Below the pieces are notes generated by a model, which did not search any database, was not told the origin of the DNA, and saw only the letters and a list, made by a program, of their open reading frames with translations. 64,000 bases of DNA, from NCBI GenBank assembly GCA_963813135.1, contig CAWEXY010000011.1, positions 160,001 through 224,000 of the forward strand, read 5' to 3'. The DNA is from an uncultured Verrucomicrobiae bacterium. GTDB taxonomy: Bacteria; Chlamydiota; Chlamydiia; Chlamydiales; Rhabdochlamydiaceae. The position numbers were made by a program, and so were the translations under genes. Each line of letters begins with the position of its first letter. The stretch's first letter is position 1. Positions 41,463 to 50,272 of this stretch are shown piece after piece.

Positions 41463-42516
41463 TTACACTTCAGCTTCTTCGGGAACTTCCGCTTCTTCTT
41501 GGCGGGCTGAAGGGGCTTTTGCGGCGGCCTTTGCGAGAACCAATTTCTCAATCTCGTCGACAAGCTTGGGATTTTTCTTCAGCTCTTCGCGCACCGCTTC
41601 TTTTCCTTGGCCTAAACGATTGCCTGCATAGCTGAACCAAGCGCCTTTCTTCTCGATGATGCCAAAGTCGGATCCTAGATCGATGAGCGAACCGATGCGA
41701 GAGATTCCTTCATTAAACAGGATGTCGAACTCGGCTACTTGGAAGGGAGGGGCTACTTTATTTTTGACAACTTTGACTTTGACGCGGTTTCCAACGTCGA
41801 TGTTATCAGCTCCTTTAATGCCGCCAATGCGGCGGATGTCCATGCGGATAGAGGAGTAGAACTTCAGCGCCCGGCCGCCTGTCGTTGTTTCGGGGTTGCC
41901 GAACATGACGCCAATTTTTTCCCGGATCTGGTTGATGAAGATCGCGCACGTGTTGCTCTTCGAAAGCGTGGCTGTGAGCTTGCGGAGCGCTTGCGACATC
42001 ATGCGGGCTTGAAGGCCCATAAACTGATCGCCGATCTCTCCGTCGAGCTCATTTTTAGGAACGAGCGCGGCCACGGAGTCGATCACGATGACATCGACGG
42101 CGTTGGACCGGGCCAGGGTTTCGGCTATGTTGAGGGCCTCTTCTCCAGAGCTCGGGCTGAGAGATCATGAGATCGTCGACGTTGACGCCAAGGCGCGCTG
42201 CATAGCTGGGGTCGAGAGCGTGTTCGGCATCGATATAGGCGGCAAGCCCTCCCGATTTTTGGGCATTGGCAACAATGTGCGTCGCGAGCGTCGATTTACC
42301 AGAAGACTCAGGGCCGAAAATTTCAACAATACGTCCGCGGGGGACGCCGCCGATGCCGAGAGCGATATCAAGGGCTACAGCGCCTGTAGGAATGACGCTG
42401 ACTTCGCGGGCCGCTGAGTGTTTGCCGAGCGTCATGACGGCGCCTTCGCCGAATTGTTTTTCAATTTGTGAGAGAGCAAGCTCGAGAGCTTTTTTCTTGG
42501 CAGAATCTTGTGACAT
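41463..42516 (-). CDS. recA: Recombinase RecA (one +1 frameshift at ~42151)
   Basis: [54 protein letters not shown]. Removing one base restores ISQPDSGEEAL. Confidence 0.95.
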
Positions 42517-42578
42517 AAATGACTCCTTATTTTCATATTAGCTTGACTTGGAAATGGCTTCTCGTCAAGAAAGAAAAT

Positions 42579-43502
42579 ATGTTGTTAGTAGGAGATATTG
42601 GGGGCACGAAGACCCACCTTGCGCTCTTTGATGGAATGAAGTGTGTTAAGGAGCAAAGGTATTTCAGCCGCGAGTTTTCCGGTCTTAAAGAAATCGTTCG
42701 CAATTTTGCTCCTGGCAAAATTGAAAGCGCCTGTTTCGGCGTGGCAGGTCCTGTAGAAAATAATCGATGCCAAGCCACCAACCTTCCATGGGTGATCGAT
42801 GCTAAAGATTTTGATATCGAAAAGGTGTGGATTATCAACGACCTCGTTGCGACGGCTTGGGCGTTGGAGTCGCTTAAAAGTGATGAGCTGGCCACCCTCA
42901 ACAAGGGTAAAAAGCGCGCAGGACATCGCGCCGTCATCGCAGCGGGAACGGGTTTGGGGATAGCGGGCCTTTTTTGGGATGGAAAACAGCATCATCCTTT
43001 TCCTTCAGAAGGCGGGCATGCCGATTTTGCTCCGCGCGACGAAACAGAAAAGCTTCTGTGGATCTACCTAAAGAAAAAATACGGCCACGTCTCTTATGAG
43101 CGGATTGTTTCCGGCCCAGGCTTGGAACATCTTTATTGGTTTTACCTAGAGAGCGGCCGGGCCCATGAAAAGCTCGGCGAGGAAGATTTGCCCGCCATCA
43201 TCACCCACAAGGCCGTCCAAGGCGAGTCCAAATCCTGCCGAGAGATCGTCGAGTGGTTTTGTTCGCTTTACGGAAGCGCAGCCGGCAATTTAGCTCTGCA
43301 ATTTCTGCCTCTGGGAGGGATCTATATCGGCGGCGGAATCGCGCCGAAGATCGTGCCGATCTTAAAAGAGGGATTTTTCTTGCGCGGATTTACAGAAAAG
43401 GGACGATTCCAAGAACTTCTTTCGTCCATCCCTGTCCATGTCATCATGAATGAGAACGCGGCGCTTCTGGGCGCGGCTGCTTTTGCTCGCAGGGCTTTAT
43501 AG
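42579..43502 (+). CDS. glk: Glucokinase
   Basis: GDIGGTKT, GVAGPV, TNLPW, IND, GTGLG, SEGGH, ERIVSGPG, GGGIAPK. Confidence 0.92.
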   Translation: MLLVGDIGGTKTHLALFDGMKCVKEQRYFSREFSGLKEIVRNFAPGKIESACFGVAGPVENNRCQATNLPWVIDAKDFDIEKVWIINDLVATAWALESLKSDELATLNKGKKRAGHRAVIAAGTGLGIAGLFWDGKQHHPFPSEGGHADFAPRDETEKLLWIYLKKKYGHVSYERIVSGPGLEHLYWFYLESGRAHEKLGEEDLPAIITHKAVQGESKSCREIVEWFCSLYGSAAGNLALQFLPLGGIYIGGGIAPKIVPILKEGFFLRGFTEKGRFQELLSSIPVHVIMNENAALLGAAAFARRAL

Positions 43503-43526
43503 AGAACAGCCATCCGCTTTAAGTTA

Positions 43527-43988
43527 TTATTTTTTTTGCGGATTAAAGGGTGTTATAAGACCCCAACCTGCCTTCCAATTCATAAGTCCCTTAATCATAT
43601 CACTTAAACTAGTGTACTCATGATCTTGAAGGTTTTTGTAATACCATTTTTTTGTTGCTGGATTATAATGAAATAACGAATTGGCTATTGTGTGATTCTC
43701 GCGCACCCAATGTAAAGTAAATTCCGTTCTCTCCCTCATAAGTCCATTGATCATATAAGTTCCAGGCTCTTTCCCCCATATAGTTTGCTCTGCCATCTGT
43801 ATACCAACCTCAGATGTCCAGTAGGCGGGATGATGAAATATCTCGTTTTCCCATTCTGTATTTTCCCTGGTCACCCCAAATTGGGGAGAACTGATGGGTG
43901 AAAACATGGGACTAGAAGAAGTAGAATCTAGTTTTTTTGGTGAAAGCATGGGACTAGAAGAAGTAGAATCTGGTTTTATGTGGTCCAT
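43527..43988 (-). CDS. SH2-like domain protein with an N-terminal Ser/Pro repeat
   Basis: Pattern YW...AEQ.I.GKEPGTYMI...FTLHWV...YTSLSDMI. Tandem DSTSSSPM[LF]SP repeat. Confidence 0.65.
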   Translation of the reverse strand: MDHIKPDSTSSSPMLSPKKLDSTSSSPMFSPISSPQFGVTRENTEWENEIFHHPAYWTSEVGIQMAEQTIWGKEPGTYMINGLMRERTEFTLHWVRENHTIANSLFHYNPATKKWYYKNLQDHEYTSLSDMIKGLMNWKAGWGLITPFNPQKK

Positions 43989-46900
43989 AAAATCTCCTTT
44001 GTTATTTTTTTCGAATATTTAATTTCTGTGTTTATATTTACATGCTTGAAATCAATATTTCCCATTTTAGAAGGGAATAGTCCTTCAACGTAACTTTTTC
44101 TAATAAAAGGATCGCTATCATAAAAAACAGGTATTACAGGCATTTCTTGCATTAAAATCGCTTCCGCTTGAGCCAAGAAAAGATTGCGCTGCTCAGCATC
44201 GAGTTCTAGCTGCGCTTTTTCTGTTAATGCTTGAAATTCCCAGTTTTTCCAATTAGAAAAATTGATCAATTCCGAAGAAGACTTAAAAGCTTCAAGGGTA
44301 TAAAGAGGATCATCAATCCATGATCGCCAGCTGAGACATCCGATATGATAGTCGCCTTTTTGTAACTTTTGGAAAACTTCTTTAAAATCATAACTTTCTA
44401 ATCGAATCACAATGCCCAGAACCTCCTTCCATTGTTGAACGATTCTTAAAGCTATTTTTTCTCTGAGCTCGTTTCTGGGATATATGAGAGTGAGAATAGG
44501 AAATTCTTCACGCTTGATCTCAAGTTCTTGTAAGGCTGATTCGAATAGCTTAAGGGCTTCTTGAGGGCTTGACTGTTCTAAACGCGCTGAGGAAAGAGGA
44601 ACAGGTGAATAGGCGGGAAGGACGGGATAAGAAAAAAGATTTACAATCGATTGGCGATCGATAGCATAAGCAAATGCTTGGCGTATTTTTTTAGACTGGA
44701 AGGGGAATTCTTGGAGGTTGAAGTAGCACCAAAGTGTCGATCCAACGGAAACTTTTTCAATCGGCAATTTTTCGTCTTCTTTAAAAAAATGTTCCCAAGC
44801 GCGCAAGGGCCGCCCCAGCCAATCGATTTCTCCATTTTCAAACATTTTTTTTGCTTTAGGCGCATCTGCTTTTACAATTAGGATACGGTCTAATTTGACG
44901 GCTGTTTCATCCCAATATAAGGGGTTTTTTATGAGTTTATAACTCTCGTCCTGTGCAATATGTTGGAGCATGAAAGGGCCATTGCAAACATAGGAGGTGC
45001 CGCTTTGTACATGCCAATTTGGATGGAGCTTATCTGTGCGATGATTAATAGGAGAATAGAGGGGATGGGAAATCAGTGCCAAAAAATAGGGACAGGGGTG
45101 TTCTAATTGGATCACGAGAGTTTTATCGTCTAGGGCGCTTACTCCAATTTCTTCAATAGAAATAAGGCCCTGCTGTGCTTTTTTTGCATTCAAGATGACA
45201 TGGAAAAAATGGGCAAAAGGAGAATTAAAATGCGGGGATAACAGCGTTTTCCAAGTATAGCAAAAATCATGTGCAGTGATTGGATCACCATTGCTCCAAG
45301 TACAATTTCGTAGAGTGAAGGTATAACACTTTTCCTCGTCGGAAATAATGGCAGATGTTGCGATTGCTAAATGAACTTGACCGTCTTTTCCAATACGTGT
45401 CAGGCCCTCAAAAAGCATTTTAAGAATACAGCTGGATATCTCATCTCCCCCTATCCTTGGATCAAGAGAAATAGGGGAATGTTGCAAGGAAAGTCGCAAT
45501 ATCCTTACGCTGCGTATTTTTTCTAGCCAGGATTCAATGCCGTCTTCTAAAACTCGTACGAAATTCGTTTGCTGTTCCTCAGAAAGGGCATCGTGAATAT
45601 AACCAAGGGCGACACCTCCGATATCATTAAGGGCGACCCAAGCCGTTAATTCTTTTGAAAAAACTGCTCTACTGACCACAGCGCTCATGTGATCATGGAA
45701 AGATGGATCCCCATGCCGGACGATCGCGTATATTAAATTGTCTTTTTTTCTAACTTTGAAAAAGCAACTGTCACTTAAGGAAAGATCAGAGGCAAGAGCT
45801 TCAAGATAAAGTTGGAAGAGATCAAAGAAAGATTCAAGAGGGAGGATAGCCTGCACTCCAGGAGGGTTGAATCCATAGAAAAAATCTTCCAGTAGTTCAG
45901 GATCTTTTTGTGTGATTTGTTTGCAATGTGTTTTAAATTGAGCGAATAATTCCAACTGTTTGGCAAAGACTTTCCCATTATGATCGCATACTTCCCCTAA
46001 TGTTCGTGTGAGAAGAGAAAAAATAAAATGGTGCGCTTGGAATAGATTAAAGGAAAAATCTGAGCGTAATAAGAATGGCTTTTTAGGCATTTTTAAATAA
46101 AAGACCGAAGCTTCCTTGGGAATATTATCTATATGGCCAACAATCGAACTTCGTTCAAGAATAAATTCAACACTCTCTTTAAGACCTATAAAATAATCGG
46201 CTATTTTCCTCGAATGATTCTTTAATGCCCGCACAATAAGAATACGGAACACGAGAAGATTGCCAAAAGTCTTTTCAAATGAAATCATGACTTGTGGAAG
46301 ATCGGAAGTCGTTTGGAGTTCCTGGCTTAAGAAAAAAATATTGCGTGTTGTCGTCTCTAAAGCGTCATTAAGGCCCAAAATAGATGGGATTAATGCTGCA
46401 AAGTTTTTTATCAATTTCTCTTTCAAGGATGTTTTTAACAAAAGCATTTCTTCAGAGGTAAAGAAAGAACCATCCGCTTTTTCTAGTTCTAGATAGAGTA
46501 AATGAAATGGATCTCGGGGTTGCTGAAAAGTCAGAAAAGAATCCTTCACAAATTGAATGTGGGGGAGCAACTTTTTCGCTCCTAGGAGGATATGTTCTTT
46601 TTTCAATTGATTGAAAGCATTGGATAGAGGGATGACGATGCTGATTCCGATCACAGACTGCTGTCCGAAAGGAAAGAGGAGTCGAGTAGGCAACAATCGG
46701 AGCTCTATTTGAATTTCATCGGCCAGTGATTTTTGTTTGAGTAGAAGATTCTTACGCATGAGATAATGCGAACATATAATGCGCAATTGATGCGATTGGC
46801 ATCGATGAGCGCGGAATTCTATTGGCGTAAGCACTAAAAAACGTTGGGCATCTCTGATGAGATTACTATCGAACTCATGAGGCCATTTTTGCAAAATTTT

Positions 46901-47020
46901 GATCAATAAGCTGAAAAAAGTTTTAGATGGAATCGTTTCTTCCAGCAGCGACCGACCTTCTAACTTGGAGTATAAGAGGCTAGGAAATTGCTTTAAAAGA
47001 GCAAATGATTTCTTCCACAT
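43976..47020 (-). CDS. Large protein: ~500-aa unknown N-terminal region fused to a family-5 (OppA-like) solute-binding domain
   Basis: SLDPR, LFEGL, YTFTLR...WSNGDPITAHDF, NGPF, KNP.YWD, R.AFAYAIDR, EMPVIPVF. No signal peptide. Confidence 0.8.
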   Translation of the reverse strand: MWKKSFALLKQFPSLLYSKLEGRSLLEETIPSKTFFSLLIKILQKWPHEFDSNLIRDAQRFLVLTPIEFRAHRCQSHQLRIICSHYLMRKNLLLKQKSLADEIQIELRLLPTRLLFPFGQQSVIGISIVIPLSNAFNQLKKEHILLGAKKLLPHIQFVKDSFLTFQQPRDPFHLLYLELEKADGSFFTSEEMLLLKTSLKEKLIKNFAALIPSILGLNDALETTTRNIFFLSQELQTTSDLPQVMISFEKTFGNLLVFRILIVRALKNHSRKIADYFIGLKESVEFILERSSIVGHIDNIPKEASVFYLKMPKKPFLLRSDFSFNLFQAHHFIFSLLTRTLGEVCDHNGKVFAKQLELFAQFKTHCKQITQKDPELLEDFFYGFNPPGVQAILPLESFFDLFQLYLEALASDLSLSDSCFFKVRKKDNLIYAIVRHGDPSFHDHMSAVVSRAVFSKELTAWVALNDIGGVALGYIHDALSEEQQTNFVRVLEDGIESWLEKIRSVRILRLSLQHSPISLDPRIGGDEISSCILKMLFEGLTRIGKDGQVHLAIATSAIISDEEKCYTFTLRNCTWSNGDPITAHDFCYTWKTLLSPHFNSPFAHFFHVILNAKKAQQGLISIEEIGVSALDDKTLVIQLEHPCPYFLALISHPLYSPINHRTDKLHPNWHVQSGTSYVCNGPFMLQHIAQDESYKLIKNPLYWDETAVKLDRILIVKADAPKAKKMFENGEIDWLGRPLRAWEHFFKEDEKLPIEKVSVGSTLWCYFNLQEFPFQSKKIRQAFAYAIDRQSIVNLFSYPVLPAYSPVPLSSARLEQSSPQEALKLFESALQELEIKREEFPILTLIYPRNELREKIALRIVQQWKEVLGIVIRLESYDFKEVFQKLQKGDYHIGCLSWRSWIDDPLYTLEAFKSSSELINFSNWKNWEFQALTEKAQLELDAEQRNLFLAQAEAILMQEMPVIPVFYDSDPFIRKSYVEGLFPSKMGNIDFKHVNINTEIKYSKKITKEILWTT

Positions 47021-47083
47021 AAGGACTCAACATAGTTGCGTTTTTAACAAGAATAAATTTTTTTGGAAAAAAAGTCGAGATAA

Positions 47084-47848
47084 CTATCCACCAATAATAG
47101 TATCGGGATGCCAGCGGCGGATGGCGAACGGCTGTTTCTTGGACCAGCACTCCTCCAAGCGCTCTTTGAGGGGCGTTTCGATAACGCCTTGAACGATACG
47201 GCTTTCAAGCACAAGATGCGGGGAGAGAATGAAAATCACATGCCCTGCTTGCCCTGGCTGGCCGGGCCAGACGATCATATCGCCGCGCATCACTTTGGAG
47301 CTGATCGCTTCAAAGGGCTCTTCATGGGTAGCGATGAGCGTGCCCAGTTTGCATAGCCCTGATGTGTTGCGCGGGGTCCATCCATGCGTTGCTTCGTAGA
47401 GGATGCCCGAGCAGTCGACGCCGGTGCATGTCCAGTCGAGATGGGATTCTAGATCGAGGGGGCTTTGCGGCGGATACAATTCTAGGAGCTCGGGGATTCC
47501 TTGATACCAGTTGCCGCCCCAAAAATAGCGGTGGCCTTTCAACCGCTCCATAGAAATAAGGACCGATTCCAGAGGAGGAAGATAGATGCGCCGTTCGGGA
47601 GTCGTCGGATGGCAGGGTTCTAAAAAGCGTTGATCAACATAAAGAGGTTGAGAGGAGGGATATTCGGCGGTTTCGACTTGCGCCATTCCTCCCAAGGCAT
47701 TGAGAATCGTAAATTTTGTGCCGGGGAACGCAATGTTCTCGATAGAAAATAGTCTTTTCTTTTCATCGTAAGGCAAAGGGTAAAAAAAGGGCGGCTTGGC
47801 GTTGTTGAGGATCGGCGTCGGATATTTTGCAAGCGCGTGTGTTGACAT
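47084..47848 (-). CDS. NlpC/P60 (YkfC-like) peptidoglycan peptidase
   Basis: YFWGG...GVDCSG...PRNT...GD......GHV. Confidence 0.85.
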   Translation of the reverse strand: MSTHALAKYPTPILNNAKPPFFYPLPYDEKKRLFSIENIAFPGTKFTILNALGGMAQVETAEYPSSQPLYVDQRFLEPCHPTTPERRIYLPPLESVLISMERLKGHRYFWGGNWYQGIPELLELYPPQSPLDLESHLDWTCTGVDCSGILYEATHGWTPRNTSGLCKLGTLIATHEEPFEAISSKVMRGDMIVWPGQPGQAGHVIFILSPHLVLESRIVQGVIETPLKERLEECWSKKQPFAIRRWHPDTIIGG

Positions 47849-47964
47849 TAACCGGAGTGCTTTTCTAAAGTGGGGGCTTAAAGCCTCTGTACTGGACAAA
47901 ATTTCCTGGCGCCCGCGAGGCATATCTGAAAATTTTGTCCAGCACTGAGACTAGGAGCTTGAGT

Positions 47965-49542
47965 ATGTTAAACAAAATTAAATTCGTCAACGTTTTCGTT
48001 CTTCTTCTTTTCCTCGTCAGTTGCGGCAGTCAAAAAGATATTCCCGTACGCATTAATATAGGAGCAGAGCCTCAAACGCTCGATCCGAGAAAAGCCCGCG
48101 ATCTGCAAGCGCAAACATTAACGCGGATGTTTTTTGACGGACTTATGCGTCTTGGAAAAGATGAAAAACCTGAATGCTCCCTCGCAGAAAAGTATGAAGT
48201 CTCCAACGATGGGTGTGTTTATACCTTCTATTTACGCGAGGCCAAGTGGACCAATGGAGATCCCGTTACGGCGCAAGATTTTGCTTATGCTTGGAAAAAA
48301 GTGCTCGACCCGAAATTTCCCTCGGACCAGGCGTTTCAACTCTATGTCATTAACAATGCCCAAGCGGCTGTAGAGGGAAAAGTTTCGATGGAGGATGTGG
48401 GCATTCGTGTGCTGGACGATAAAACGCTCCGCGTGGAGTTGACGAATCCGACAGCCCATTTTTTAGAATTGACCACTCTTCCTGCATTTTTTCCCGTCTG
48501 CGCCCGAGTCGATCAAGAAAATTCTCATTGGGATTTAAATGCGAACACTTATGTATGCAACGGCCCTTTTCGGCCTGCGGAATGGAAACATTCCGATATC
48601 ATCGAAGCTGTAAAAAATCCTGAGTACTGGGATGCAGCGCATGTCAACTTAAAGCAGATCGAGTTGATCATGGTGAGCGAAGACGCAGAACTGAAGATGT
48701 ATGAAAAAAAACAGCTCGATTGGGCGGGTTCTCCTCTTTCCATTCTTCCCCTCAACGCCCTTCCTGAGCTGAAGAAAAAAGAAAAGCTCCAAGCGCAGCC
48801 TTTCTTGGCGACCTACTTTTTTCGAACCAATGTCGGAAAAGCGCCGCTCGATAATCCCAACTTAAGAAAAGCGCTGGCGCTCGCTTTGGACCGCAGCGAG
48901 CTTGTAGAACATGTAACTCAAGGCGGGCAGATCCCAGCGACCGGGCTTGTTCCTATATCGATGGGATTGCAGGAAGGGCCTTATTTCCAGGATCATGATG
49001 TTCTGGGCGCACAAAAATATTTAGGAATGGCCGAGCAGCAAAATGGGCCTACGCCTCCCCTCACATATATATATGTAGCGGGCGAGAGGAACTACCTTAT
49101 CGCTCAAGCCGTGCAGCAGCAATGGAAGGCTGCGCTGGGGATAGAAGTTCGATTGGAGGCCGTCGAACGCAAAGTCTACTTCGATCGATTGTCCCGACGC
49201 GATTTCGATCTCGCGGCGAGTTCATGGGAGGCCGATTTCCACGATCCCCTCAATTTTCTTGCGATATTTAAACTGAAAAATGGCGGCTCGAACAACACGA
49301 ATTGGGAGAACGCTTCCTACACAGCATTGCTTAAAAATGCAGAGAAGGCGTTAGATCCTCTAGAGCGAAAAGAGTATCTTAAAAAAGCTGAAGCGCTTTT
49401 AATTGAAGAGATGCCGATCATTCCGGTTTTCCATCGAAGGCTTCTCTACGTGAAAAAACAGGCTTTATGCGATGTTGTGCTCTCCAGTCTGGGCGCGCTC
49501 GATTTTAAATGGGCCTATATGGCCGGCGAGGAAAAGAAATGA
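47965..49542 (+). CDS. oppA: Oligopeptide ABC transporter substrate-binding lipoprotein
   Basis: Lipobox LVSC, EPQTLDPR, WTNGDPVTAQDF, NGPF, EEMPIIPVF. AGGAG RBS. Confidence 0.9.
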   Translation: MLNKIKFVNVFVLLLFLVSCGSQKDIPVRINIGAEPQTLDPRKARDLQAQTLTRMFFDGLMRLGKDEKPECSLAEKYEVSNDGCVYTFYLREAKWTNGDPVTAQDFAYAWKKVLDPKFPSDQAFQLYVINNAQAAVEGKVSMEDVGIRVLDDKTLRVELTNPTAHFLELTTLPAFFPVCARVDQENSHWDLNANTYVCNGPFRPAEWKHSDIIEAVKNPEYWDAAHVNLKQIELIMVSEDAELKMYEKKQLDWAGSPLSILPLNALPELKKKEKLQAQPFLATYFFRTNVGKAPLDNPNLRKALALALDRSELVEHVTQGGQIPATGLVPISMGLQEGPYFQDHDVLGAQKYLGMAEQQNGPTPPLTYIYVAGERNYLIAQAVQQQWKAALGIEVRLEAVERKVYFDRLSRRDFDLAASSWEADFHDPLNFLAIFKLKNGGSNNTNWENASYTALLKNAEKALDPLERKEYLKKAEALLIEEMPIIPVFHRRLLYVKKQALCDVVLSSLGALDFKWAYMAGEEKK

Positions 49543-49982
49543 AAAAGCTCTTGTTGTTATTGGCCGCCGCCGCATGCCTTGAAGCAGGGACTGTGCGTCT
49601 GGCGAATAACACGTCCTTTAAGCTCCGCACGGTGATCCGGGCGGCGGATGGAACGTACTTAGGAGAAGTCGTCGTCAACCCTCAGCAGACGATGTCTTGG
49701 AATGATTATTTCGGGGGTATTGGAACGTATAACAACTCTCAGACGCCTTATACCGTGATTTGGTATTGCATCGATGGCAGCGATTTTTCCGTGTGCGAAC
49801 AAGTTCCCACGGGAGCGACGGTCACTCCCCTTAACTGTGAGGGAACGCGCACATGCAAAGTGAAGCCGCCGCCCGGACGTCCCCCGCTCCAAGGCCCTTC
49901 AACGAAGGAATATTTGATGGAGCCGGAGCAGCAGCAAGAACAGCAAGAAGCCGGCCCTCCCGAAGGCTACACGACTCCGTAA
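49539..49982 (+). CDS. Exported Cys-containing hypothetical protein
   Basis: ATGA overlap with oppA. Signal peptide, 4 Cys in the mature part, Pro/Gln tail. Confidence 0.65.
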   Translation: MKKLLLLLAAAACLEAGTVRLANNTSFKLRTVIRAADGTYLGEVVVNPQQTMSWNDYFGGIGTYNNSQTPYTVIWYCIDGSDFSVCEQVPTGATVTPLNCEGTRTCKVKPPPGRPPLQGPSTKEYLMEPEQQQEQQEAGPPEGYTTP

Positions 49983-50272
49983 TCAAAATATATTCTTTGC
50001 AGAGTGAAGTATAAGTTTGGGGTTTATTCCAATATTTTATTAGTATATACTTTTTTCTTTCCAATTAATGCACGGTTCTGATTTTCGATGAGTATTTTTC
50101 TCTATTCTGGCTTAAAGTGCTTACAATTAAGTAATTTTGTCAGCTTTGTATAAGCAAGTTATTTAAGACAAATACTTTTACCGGCCTGCTAAATATTTGT
50201 GGAATGATTTGTCATTTTATGATATAAAATAGCCTTAACTTTTAAAGCATTTATAAAAGCAAGGAGTTCCTC

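Noticed and set aside
42140..42160. Programmed frameshift or intron/intein in recA
   Set aside because: No slippery heptamer or inserted element is present. A single extra base explains it.
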